Shown: piece by piece, positions 1 through 7,814 of the stretch
Layout: every line of letters starts with the position of its first letter
Position numbering within the stretch: position 1 is the stretch's first letter
DNA from: a virus
Lineage: Duplodnaviria > Caudoviricetes
Strand: one strand, 5' to 3'
DNA: 64,000 nt
Virus record (IMG/VR): IMGVR_UViG_2930461776_000001
Span: 23,883 to 87,882 of that record
The notes under the pieces: generated by a model
Told to the model about the DNA's origin: nothing
Seen by the model: only the letters and a program-made list of their open reading frames with translations
Database searches by the model: none
Position numbers and translations under genes: made by a program

Positions 1-208
1 GACGGGCTGGCGCTGCCCTGGTACAGCGGGCGATCACGCAAGGCGCACACGTGATCCGCGCCCTGGCCCGCCACTACGACGCGTGGGAACACGCCGCCCT
101 CAACTGCCCCCACCGACGCACACTCCGCCGCTACCAGTGGCCATACACCGCGCTCTGCGCTGTTCGCATCGGACCCGCATGGATCAACGCCATCCGCAGG
201 AGGGCGAC

Positions 209-370
209 ATGACCGCCGCCGTCCAACTCGCCTACGACTGCGAGCCGATATGGGACCTCGACGACGCCGTCTACATCGAAGCCGGCGACCGCGACCTCCT
301 CGGCCAACACGCCACCGCCAGGCAGATCACCAACGCCGACACCGCTGACCACGACGGGAGATACCTGTGA
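209..370 (+). CDS. Small hypothetical phage protein
   Basis: ATG at 209 after AGGAGGG; stop overlaps next start (GTGA). Confidence 0.55.
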   Translation: MTAAVQLAYDCEPIWDLDDAVYIEAGDRDLLGQHATARQITNADTADHDGRYL

Positions 371-729
371 CCACACCCTCGTCACGCCGTGGACCGAGCA
401 GCCGGCCGCTGACCCCCCGCCAGCTCAAAGCACTCCACCTAGCCGCCACCGGCCACACCCACCAGCAGATCGCCGGGCAACTCGGCATAGCCGCATCAAG
501 CGTCGGCAAGTTCCACACCGAGATCTTCCGCAAGCTCGGCGCCAAGTCCATGCCCCACGCCGTCCACCTCGCCTGGCAATCCGGGATCCTCCGCCGCGAA
601 CGCCACGGCGACCACGCCGGCTACGCCGCCCACCACTACCGCGGCGAAACACCCTGCGACCTCTGTAAAGCCGGGGAACGCAAGTACCGGAATGACCGCC
701 GCAACCAGACCAAGGAGCAAGCAGCATGA
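367..729 (+). CDS. LuxR-type HTH DNA-binding protein with C-terminal His/Cys metal-binding motif
   Basis: LTPRQLKALHLAATGHTHQQIAGQLGIAASSV...IFRKLGA is a LuxR C-terminal HTH; HG..GY..H..RGE.PC..C tail. Confidence 0.85.
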   Translation: MTTPSSRRGPSSRPLTPRQLKALHLAATGHTHQQIAGQLGIAASSVGKFHTEIFRKLGAKSMPHAVHLAWQSGILRRERHGDHAGYAAHHYRGETPCDLCKAGERKYRNDRRNQTKEQAA

Positions 730-938
730 TCCAACCCGGCCAGATCTACGCAGCCTGCGACGGCTCCGGATACCGGTACCGCATCGACGCCTACACGCCG
801 GGCGGCCAGCACGCCCACGTCACCGACCTCCACACCAACAGGCCCAAACAGGTCAAGGCGGCCAACCTCCACGACAGTGACCGCACCCCGAGCGGCGAAC
901 CGCGCCGCACCGGCTACGCGCTGGAGGCCCAGACGTGA
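726..938 (+). CDS. Hypothetical phage protein
   Basis: ATGA-coupled to upstream gene; GC3-rich frame. Confidence 0.65.
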   Translation: MIQPGQIYAACDGSGYRYRIDAYTPGGQHAHVTDLHTNRPKQVKAANLHDSDRTPSGEPRRTGYALEAQT

Positions 939-1150
939 CCGTCAACGCCGACCAGAGCGGTCCGGCCGGCGAGACGGCAGCCTGCGCCCACAGCTTCCCC
1001 GACCCGTACCCGGCGCCCCTCGACCAGCCTGGCGACTGCCGGCACTGCGACACCAGCTACCAGACGGCCCGAGCCGGCCACGACGGGCCCAGCGTGGGGG
1101 AAGCAGCCGATAATGAGCGGCGCTGGGCGCTGGAGAAGGAGGGCGAGTAG
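935..1150 (+). CDS. Hypothetical protein with CxH..CxxC motif
   Basis: GTGA-coupled; continues the operon. Confidence 0.6.
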   Translation: MTVNADQSGPAGETAACAHSFPDPYPAPLDQPGDCRHCDTSYQTARAGHDGPSVGEAADNERRWALEKEGE

Positions 1151-1290
1151 TGCCCCGAGACCCCCGCTGGCTTACCGAGCCAGTCCTCGTACCCCGCGGC
1201 ATCGCACTCGCCTTTGCCGCCCTCGGAGTGTTGACCATAGTCAACTGGGTGCTAGCGGCCCTGCTCTGGATATTGCAGGCCGCCACATGA
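1150..1290 (+). CDS. 46-aa single-TM membrane peptide (not in ORF track)
   Basis: GTG overlapping previous TAG; MPRDPRWLTEPVLVPRGIALAFAALGVLTIVNWVLAALLWILQAAT; ends just before a terminator hairpin. Confidence 0.5.
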   Translation: MPRDPRWLTEPVLVPRGIALAFAALGVLTIVNWVLAALLWILQAAT

Positions 1291-1292
1291 CA

Positions 1293-1325
1293 GCGGCGCC
1301 CGCCCCTAGACGAGGCGGGCGCCGC
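1293..1325. terminator. Hairpin terminator between convergent genes
   Basis: GCGGCGCCCGCC / GGCGGGCGCCGC perfect 12-bp stem. Confidence 0.75.
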
Positions 1326-1340
1326 GTTGGCGTGTGCGGG

Positions 1341-1685
1341 CTACGGCGCGAACACGTGATACCCGGCCAGGCAGACCACGGACTGGTTGTACGCCGCCAG
1401 AGCCATCTCGTAGGCCCGCTGCTGGCCCGCCATCACCGCACCCCACACGAGGCCCCCCACCACAACCAGCAGGCCGATCAAGACCGCGCCCGTCACCGCC
1501 AGCCAGATGCCAGCGCCGATCGACAGCAGGGCCGCCCAGAACTTCAGGTCCGGCTCACCCGGCGGGGCATACCGGCCGCGGTGCGGGGACTCGGCCGGCA
1601 GGGATTCCCAGTACCCGCGCAGCTGCTGAACGTTCATCGACTTGCAGTTGGGACACTCCACCGTTGACCCCCGAGGCCGCGCCAA
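1341..1685 (-). CDS. Membrane protein with N-terminal CxxC and C-terminal CxxxxH (start uncertain)
   Basis: CPNCKS, two hydrophobic helices, CLAGYH. Confidence 0.7.
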   Translation of the reverse strand: MARPRGSTVECPNCKSMNVQQLRGYWESLPAESPHRGRYAPPGEPDLKFWAALLSIGAGIWLAVTGAVLIGLLVVVGGLVWGAVMAGQQRAYEMALAAYNQSVVCLAGYHVFAP

Positions 1686-1956
1686 GTTGACGCTTGAGCG
1701 TCCGCGGAAGCGGAGCCTCCAGCAAGGCGAACGAAGGGGGTGTGAGCGGGCTCACCGAGCGAGCGCAACAGGGACATCAGCCGCCTCGCGCGTGTGCACG
1801 CACTAAGGCCGGGCTGCGCCCCCGAATATTGCTACCGCGGAAGCGGGAGTGTTTGCCAGCCAGTGTTGAGTAACCCCGTGTAGGTCTTTTAGGGCCCAAC
1901 TGGTGGACTGTTCATACGTGAGGCGTTCATGCATGAAGGCTTCACCAGTGTCACCT

Positions 1957-2301
1957 TCATGGAGATCCACTCTGTGGAGTGTCATGGACGGTCAGGATCG
2001 TGACGAAGTCTCCCCCGTTCGGCTGCCCCTTCGGCACTCGCGTCTTGGCCCGGGTCATATAGCCGGCCGCCTCCAGCTCCTGGAAGGCTCGACGGAACGC
2101 CCGCTTACTCTCCGCCTGCGCCCCGCGGTGCCGGTCGGCGGACTCCCACAGCTTGGCCGCGTTCGTCTGCCAGCCCGGACGCTGGGTGAGCATTTGGATC
2201 AGGACCATGCGGGCGAGGGCGCTGAGCCGCTCGTCGAACACGAGGTCGTTGGGGATCTGGACGAAGTTCTTGCGGAGCTTCGAGCGCTCGACTATCAGCA
2301 C
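1957..2301 (-). CDS. Winged-HTH protein resembling the N-terminus of phage replication initiators
   Basis: NFVQIPNDLVFDERLSALARMVLIQMLT...GW...FQELEAAGYMTR pattern; GTG start after AGGGG chosen over track start 2403. Confidence 0.7.
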   Translation of the reverse strand: MLIVERSKLRKNFVQIPNDLVFDERLSALARMVLIQMLTQRPGWQTNAAKLWESADRHRGAQAESKRAFRRAFQELEAAGYMTRAKTRVPKGQPNGGDFVTILTVHDTPQSGSP

Positions 2302-2401
2302 GCGTCGCCCCCTGACTGGCAGGGTGGGACGTGGATCGGTATGGTCATTGCAGTGCCTTACGTAGCTGGGGGTACGGATGCGGCGGGGTGATGACCCGCT
2401 C

Positions 2402-2442
2402 AAAGCGAAAACGGCCGGAGGGATTCAGCCCCCTCCGGCCGT
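2402..2442 (-). terminator. Intrinsic terminator
   Basis: ACGGCCGGAGGG / CCCTCCGGCCGT stem followed by a T-rich tract on the minus strand. Confidence 0.75.
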
Positions 2443-2511
2443 CGCCGTTTTGCAGATAATTCTATGCGACGCCTGCGCCTGAAGTGGCGTAATCCGGGCG
2501 CCTATTGGACG

Positions 2512-2967
2512 TCATCGCGCGCGGTATTCCTCGCGCACGCGCACCAGACGGCCGTGCGTGGCCCGCATCTGGTCGAGCCGGGCCGCGAGCGTGTTGATGA
2601 CCGTCTCCAGGCCGTCCGGGTCCAGGCCCTCGATGAAGTGGTCGTCGACCAGTTCGATCGTGGCGTAGGGGAGGCGCTGCGCGATGGTGGGGGAGTGCGG
2701 CTCGACCTTGATGACGGTCGACAGGACGCGGAACTCCTCCGGACGACCATCCGTGTTCACGGGCAGGGTCATCGCCTCGGGCGGGGTCCAGCACCACAGG
2801 TCTTCCGGGAACACTTCCCGGCCCTGTTCGTGCGAGTGGTCGAGCGTGCATCCGTCCATGCAGGTATACGCCATCGGCTCGCCGGTGTGGCGGTTGACGA
2901 AGCTCCACGTGCCAGGTGTGGCGGAAGACGCAGGCGACATCGCGGCGTCGGGCAGTAAGGTGTTCAT
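2512..2967 (-). CDS. DUF6907-like hypothetical protein
   Basis: CMDGCTLDH motif and C-terminal LDPDGLETVINTLAARLDQMR helix typical of this actinobacterial mobile-element family. Confidence 0.65.
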   Translation of the reverse strand: MNTLLPDAAMSPASSATPGTWSFVNRHTGEPMAYTCMDGCTLDHSHEQGREVFPEDLWCWTPPEAMTLPVNTDGRPEEFRVLSTVIKVEPHSPTIAQRLPYATIELVDDHFIEGLDPDGLETVINTLAARLDQMRATHGRLVRVREEYRAR

Positions 2968-3063
2968 CCAGACCTCTCTCTTTGCGGGGAGTGGGTTGTT
3001 GATCGGCGAGTTCGCGCTCGCCGGTGGAACGAGCCCGGTGTTCGCGCACCGGGCCGTTCGCGT

Positions 3064-3100
3064 TTCAGGGCCCAACGTAAGGCCGACTTCAGGGCCCAAC
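3064..3100. repeat. 13-bp direct repeat TTCAGGGCCCAAC x2 (candidate operator)
   Basis: Copies at 3064-3076 and 3088-3100; near copy TTTAGGGCCCAAC at 1888-1900. Confidence 0.7.
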
Positions 3101-3138
3101 CGGTCTCTAGGGTCACGGCTCCATTACGAGACTCCTAG

Positions 3139-3549
3139 TCAGTGCGGCAGTGCCTCGTCGAGGTACTCCTGCACCGGCCCGTACAGGCCGTAGGGCACGT
3201 AGTCGGAGATCTCCGAGTGGGCGACCCAGGCCACCGCGTCCAGCTCCTCCTCGTCCGCGACCTTCGCCTCGCCCTGGAGCACCTCGCACGCCGTGTACGA
3301 CATGAGCCGGCCAGTCTTCGGGTGTACCCGCTCACCGAGCAGGCGGAGCGCCTTCACGGTCAGCCCGGTCTCCTCGTCGGTCTCACGCACCGCCGCGTCC
3401 TGCGCGCCCTCACCGGCCTCGATCGCGCCGGCCGGGAACTGCCACATCAGCTCGCCCTCGGAGATGCGGCGCCGGACCATCAGCACCCGGCCCTCGGCGA
3501 CGATGATGGCGGCGCTGATGCCGGGCTTCTCGGTGGTCGTCTCGGTCAT
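3139..3549 (-). CDS. NUDIX hydrolase (intact Nudix box)
   Basis: G-AIEAG-E-GAQDAAV-RE-TD-EE-TGL fits GX5EX7REUXEEXGU. Confidence 0.92.
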   Translation of the reverse strand: MTETTTEKPGISAAIIVAEGRVLMVRRRISEGELMWQFPAGAIEAGEGAQDAAVRETDEETGLTVKALRLLGERVHPKTGRLMSYTACEVLQGEAKVADEEELDAVAWVAHSEISDYVPYGLYGPVQEYLDEALPH

Positions 3550-4184
3550 GCGATCGCCTCCAGGGCGTTCAGGATGGGCGGGTAGATCTGTTCCTGCGGG
3601 ATGAAGCGGGTCAGGGCTGAGCGCGGCACCCAGGTCACGTCGATGTTCTCCACCGGGTCCCGGTTCGTCGCATCGCCCGCCAGATGGTCGGCGAGGAAGT
3701 ACGAGGCCATCACCCCGGTCACCGGGTGGATGCGCTCGCCGAGCTGGTCGCGGACTGTGCAGTGCACGCCCGTCTCACCGTGCGTCTCCTGCACTGCCAC
3801 CGTCGACGGGTCCACGCCCGGCTTGACCATGCCAGCCGGGAACTGCCAGCGCAGCTCCCCATCCCCGCGCCGACACACCAGCAGCACCTCGTCACCTCGC
3901 AGCACGACGGCTATCGCTACCCGCAAAGCCTGCGCCTCCATGCGCGGGGCGGGCGGGCGCAGCAGGAGAGCGAGCCGTCGCTGCACTTCTTCACCCGCTT
4001 CCCGGTAGGCGATGTCGAGGATCTGCTGCACCTCGGTCCGGTGAACCATCTCCGGTTGCGCGTGCCACCGGCTGATGGTGCGCGGGGAGATGCCGAGGCG
4101 TTCCGCGAACGCCTCGTTGGTCATCCGCATGGCCTCTTGAAGCAGGCATGCGGTGCGGCCGGTCCAGGTGTCTACGACGTCCAC
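3546..4184 (-). CDS. XRE-family HTH fused to degenerate NUDIX domain
   Basis: MTNEAFAERLGISPRTISRW HTH; Nudix box altered to GMVKPGVDPSTVAVQETHGETG; GTG start after GGGAG. Confidence 0.85.
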   Translation of the reverse strand: MDVVDTWTGRTACLLQEAMRMTNEAFAERLGISPRTISRWHAQPEMVHRTEVQQILDIAYREAGEEVQRRLALLLRPPAPRMEAQALRVAIAVVLRGDEVLLVCRRGDGELRWQFPAGMVKPGVDPSTVAVQETHGETGVHCTVRDQLGERIHPVTGVMASYFLADHLAGDATNRDPVENIDVTWVPRSALTRFIPQEQIYPPILNALEAIA

Positions 4185-4265
4185 AATGGGGCTCCCGTGC
4201 TCGCTGCGCTCGGGTCTGGCGGGGCGATGTCCACGCGGTGGCGCCGCCATGTCTAGGTGCTGCTG

Positions 4266-4601
4266 CTATGGCTGATCGATGTCAGGGCCGTGTCCTTCTG
4301 CCGCGCCCGCGCGGGGCGTTGACTCGGCGGCATGGTTAGCTTTCCCCCGCTTCGCACTGCGCCCCCTGGCAAGGGCTTCGGCCCAGGCGTAGCTACGCCC
4401 GAAGAGATCGCCCACTTCCGCCCACGTGCGTCCCTTGCGCAGCCCTTGAATGGCGCCCTGCTGAAGTGCGTAGAGCCTCTGGTCGCTCTCTGCCAGCCTT
4501 TGGCGTGCTTCGAGAGCGGCGCGGCCCCGCGCGAGCAGGTCGTCAATGGCTTCGACTTCGGCGACTTTCGCCTCCAGGGACTCCGTGAACGCATCTGTCA
4601 T
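4266..4601 (-). CDS. Putative repressor (helical region plus C-terminal HTH)
   Basis: GRTWAEVGDLFGRSYAWAEAL HTH; divergent from the transfer operon. Confidence 0.7.
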   Translation of the reverse strand: MTDAFTESLEAKVAEVEAIDDLLARGRAALEARQRLAESDQRLYALQQGAIQGLRKGRTWAEVGDLFGRSYAWAEALARGRSAKRGKANHAAESTPRAGAAEGHGPDIDQP

Positions 4602-4616
4602 GAGGTCAGAGTAGGA

Positions 4617-4680
4617 GTCAACACGCCAGTTCTCAAGATGGTGTTGACAGACCCTCAGGCAGCGTTCAGGATGGTGTTGA
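4617..4680 (+). promoter_or_regulatory. Sigma70-type promoter with overlapping operator repeats
   Basis: TTGACA (4644-4649)-17 bp-CAGGAT (4667-4672); GATGGTGTTGA direct repeat at 4637 and 4670; GTCAACAC/GTGTTGAC inverted repeat. Confidence 0.65.
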
Positions 4681-4809
4681 AGCCGAGGGCGCTCCACCGC
4701 CCAAAGCCTCAAGCACCGCTCCACCGGTGCGCACAAATGAAGACGGGCCGGACACCGCGACTCCACTCGCAGGCCGGCCCTAACCACCAGGTTCTGTAGA
4801 GGAGACCCT

Positions 4810-5427
4810 GTGGCTACCCAAGAGCTTACCGGCGCTCTCAACAGCGTCGATCACGGGGACACGCCCCCGCTTCCGCCGGCCGCCGTGTCCGCGCTGCGTT
4901 CCGCCACTGTGGCGGATGTGGTGGCCCGGCTGAAGGCCGACGGCGGCCTGTACGAGTGGACCGCCGTCCACGCCCTGGGCTGGGGCATGGGCCCGGCGCA
5001 GAACGACATCTCCGCGGCCGTCGAGGCCGCGGAAGCGGCCGGCCTGGTGCGCACCACCACGCTTCGCGGCAAGAAGATGGTGCAGCTGGCTTCCCGCGCG
5101 GACCGCGTGAACGTGCTCCGCGAGTCGATCGCCCGCCGTGCTCTGGCCAGCATCGGCACGCCGACGGACGCACGCATCCTGCGCATCGTCTTTTCCGGCC
5201 CGGTGTTGACGGTGGCCACCGAGCAGCCGGGCCAGTACTTCCCCTTCGGCGTCGACACGTTCCGCCTCCCCACCGCGGACGAGACCGACCTGGAGCAGGA
5301 CGAGCCGCTTGGCCTGTCCGAATGGGTGCTGGCCGACCAGTACGGCGGGTTCGGTGAGGACGAGGTCGAGCAGATGATGGCGGACGCGGCCAGCTACGCG
5401 GCCACGCTGCGGAAGGCGGTGGCCTGA
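4810..5427 (+). CDS. Hypothetical protein, first gene of transfer operon
   Basis: GAGGAG RBS; coupled to next gene by TGATG. Confidence 0.7.
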   Translation: MATQELTGALNSVDHGDTPPLPPAAVSALRSATVADVVARLKADGGLYEWTAVHALGWGMGPAQNDISAAVEAAEAAGLVRTTTLRGKKMVQLASRADRVNVLRESIARRALASIGTPTDARILRIVFSGPVLTVATEQPGQYFPFGVDTFRLPTADETDLEQDEPLGLSEWVLADQYGGFGEDEVEQMMADAASYAATLRKAVA

Positions 5428-5669
5428 TGACTACCGCCCTCTCCTCGGCCGACGCTGCCGCGCACATTGCGGCGCAGGGTCCGGTCCGCACGAAATCGGC
5501 CCCGAAGCCGGCCCGCCAGATCCTGCAGTCGTTCCCTGCGTCCGCCCCGCGCGGCAGCTGGCCGGCGGAGGAGTTCGCCGCCGACCGCCGCCGCGAGGGT
5601 GTTCCGGCCGACGTGGTGATGGACCTGGCTTCCGACTCGTACCTCGTGTTCGTCGAGGCCGCGTCGTGA
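5427..5669 (+). CDS. Small conserved-type hypothetical protein
   Basis: Coupled start; GC3-rich frame. Confidence 0.7.
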   Translation: MTTALSSADAAAHIAAQGPVRTKSAPKPARQILQSFPASAPRGSWPAEEFAADRRREGVPADVVMDLASDSYLVFVEAAS

Positions 5670-5856
5670 CCGCCGACGAGTGGGCCGAGCTCCGCCGCAA
5701 GGTCGCCGAGGCCAACAAGCGGTCCGAGAACCGGCCCCGCTAACCCCATAGCCGCCGCGCCGGCGGAGAAATCCGTTCCCCCACGGCACCCGCCGGCGCG
5801 GCTTCCAACTCCGCACCACCCACCTGCTCCCACTGACCCGGAAGGGCCGATCCATC

Positions 5857-6078
5857 ATGTCCCCGTTCCTGTTCTCCGCCGATCACGCGGCCACCGTCGA
5901 GGGCCGCGAGGCTCGCGCTCTGACGCTCGTACCGGCGCTCCCCATCGCCTACCTGTTCGCCGAGTACGGCGCGGCTGTCGCCCGGGGCGACCGGGCCCGG
6001 ATCGCGGAGCTGCGTCTCGCCGCTGACCCGGAGCTGCTGGCCGAGCTCGACGGCTTCGACTACAAGGCGGCCGGCTGA
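5857..6078 (+). CDS. Small hypothetical protein
   Basis: GGAAGGG RBS; coupled to next gene. Confidence 0.65.
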   Translation: MSPFLFSADHAATVEGREARALTLVPALPIAYLFAEYGAAVARGDRARIAELRLAADPELLAELDGFDYKAAG

Positions 6079-6242
6079 TGGCGATCCGTGAGTCCTGGGT
6101 GCCCGGTGAAGGCATGCGCTACCGGGTCATCGGCGACCCGCGCCCGTTCCGGAACTTCCCCACCCGGGAGAAGGCGGAGCAGCTGGAGGCCGAACTGGCC
6201 GAGGCGCAGCGGCGCGCAAACCGCAAGAGCGGGGCCGCGTGA
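6078..6242 (+). CDS. 54-aa hypothetical protein (not in ORF track)
   Basis: TGATG and GTGA coupling on both sides; MAIRESWVPGEGMRYRVIGDPRPFRNFPTREKAEQLEAELAEAQRR. Confidence 0.6.
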   Translation: MAIRESWVPGEGMRYRVIGDPRPFRNFPTREKAEQLEAELAEAQRRANRKSGAA

Positions 6243-6622
6243 TGGCCACGGTCGAGATCGTCTCCTTCGGCTACCTGCACGACGCCCCGCCGGCTGCGGA
6301 TCTGACGGTCGACTTGCGGCATCACTTCCGCGACCCGCACGTCGCCCCGGAACTCCGCCACATGACGGCGAACGACGCCCCCGTCCGCCGCGCCGTCATG
6401 GCGACGCCGGGTGTCTGGCCGCTGGTTGCCGCGACGGCGGCTGCTGTGGAGGCGTTCACGCAGGGCCCGTCCGCCGACACGGTCACCGTCGCGGCGGGTT
6501 GCGCGGGCGGCCGGCACCGGGCGCCGACGGTGGCCCGCGAACTCGCCTCACGCCTCATCCAGGCCGGGCACGCCGTTGTCGTACACCACCGGGACCTGGA
6601 CAAGCCCGTCGTCCAGCGCTGA
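6239..6622 (+). CDS. RapZ C-terminal-domain-like protein
   Basis: IVSFGYLH...DLRHHFRDPH...GCAGGRHRA motifs. Confidence 0.85.
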   Translation: MMATVEIVSFGYLHDAPPAADLTVDLRHHFRDPHVAPELRHMTANDAPVRRAVMATPGVWPLVAATAAAVEAFTQGPSADTVTVAAGCAGGRHRAPTVARELASRLIQAGHAVVVHHRDLDKPVVQR

Positions 6623-6721
6623 ACCCAGCCCTCGCCGGGTCGATCCCGGGCCTACGCCGCAAACGCGGGTGAGGGCACGCACCAACAACTCATCCAGCAG
6701 CTACGAGAGGAAACCCCCACC

Positions 6722-6910
6722 ATGCCCAAGTTCCAGGTCCGAGGCGCCGCGCAGCCCATGTGGTCCGACGAGACGCTTCACGTCGACGCCAACGTCAGCG
6801 CCTCCAGCGCGGCACACGCCGTGTCGAAGGTCGCCGAGCACGTCGAGGCCGAGCACGAGGGCTTCTACTTCCACGACGATCGCGCCACCGCCAAGCAGAC
6901 GGACCGCTGA
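6722..6910 (+). CDS. Small hypothetical protein
   Basis: GAGAGGA RBS; clean frame. Confidence 0.65.
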   Translation: MPKFQVRGAAQPMWSDETLHVDANVSASSAAHAVSKVAEHVEAEHEGFYFHDDRATAKQTDR

Positions 6911-7064
6911 ACGTCGCGCCGTGGCGGCGCTTCCCGGCCGCCACGGCCCCCGGCTTCTGGCCGGGCCCGAGGTCGCCCCGCACCCCACCCCATCCCCTCC
7001 GCGGGGCGACCCCGAGCACGACCAGCACCACCGCCAACCGAATCCGATCCGAGAGGACCACCCC

Positions 7065-7238
7065 ATGGCCTGGAAGCAGGACCGCGCAGAGATCAAGCGG
7101 CTGATGGCTGCCCGCCCCGACCCGGACGGCAAGAAGAACTGCGACTCGCAGGAGGCCAAGGCCGTCAACGACCAGCTGAACCGCAAGCTCGCCGAGCAGC
7201 CCGTGTGGCGTCGCGGCCGATTCCTGTACGAGAGCTGA
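7065..7238 (+). CDS. Small hypothetical protein
   Basis: ATG after GAGAGGA; C-terminal part of track ORF 6411-7238. Confidence 0.6.
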   Translation: MAWKQDRAEIKRLMAARPDPDGKKNCDSQEAKAVNDQLNRKLAEQPVWRRGRFLYES

Positions 7239-7500
7239 CCGGCTGCCCGATCCGCCCGTCTCGCACGGGCGGTGAGGGGAACCGCTCAGCGTTCCACAAC
7301 CCACCGAGAGGAACCCAGATGGGCTTGTTCAGCAGGGCCGCCGATTCCGCCGCTTCGACCGTGGCCCGCGCGGGCCAGAAGGTGGCCGGCGACAAGGGCG
7401 TCCAGGCCGCAAACAAGATCACCGGTCCGTTGCTCGGTCGCACGCACGAGAAGTGCTCCGACACCTGCGACAACTGCAACAACCGCTGACCGGCTGCCCG
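7234..7500. repeat. 16-bp direct repeat GCTGACCGGCTGCCCG flanking a small-gene cassette
   Basis: Exact copies at 7234-7249 and 7485-7500, each containing a gene's TGA stop. Confidence 0.75.
7319..7489 (+). CDS. Small hypothetical protein with C-terminal Cys cluster
   Basis: ATG after GAGAGGA; ends HEKCSDTCDNCNNR. Confidence 0.6.
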   Translation: MGLFSRAADSAASTVARAGQKVAGDKGVQAANKITGPLLGRTHEKCSDTCDNCNNR

Positions 7501-7582
7501 CGGCGCGCAACCCCGGTTGTGCGCCAAGGAGAACCGGCCAGCACCACCCCACCATCCGCCTTCGACCCCCGAAGAGGTCGTC

Positions 7583-7783
7583 ATGCTCCGTGTCATCGCC
7601 TGGGCCCTCCTGGTCCTCTACCTGCTGCTCGTCGGCCTGTTCCCCGCCGCCGCAGCCCCGGTGTCGCTCGCGTTCACCGGCCTCGGCGCCGTCGTCGCCG
7701 CGATCCCCGGCCCGGTACTCCTGCTCGCCGCCGTCGTGGCGTGGCTGAAGCACCGGCCCACCCCCAAGTCCGTCACCGCCTGA
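7583..7783 (+). CDS. Small hydrophobic Spd-like membrane protein
   Basis: Two TM segments; lies directly upstream of spd/traB genes. Confidence 0.65.
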   Translation: MLRVIAWALLVLYLLLVGLFPAAAAPVSLAFTGLGAVVAAIPGPVLLLAAVVAWLKHRPTPKSVTA

Positions 7784-7814
7784 CCACCCGCACGCCTGAA
7801 GGGATTGATCTACC

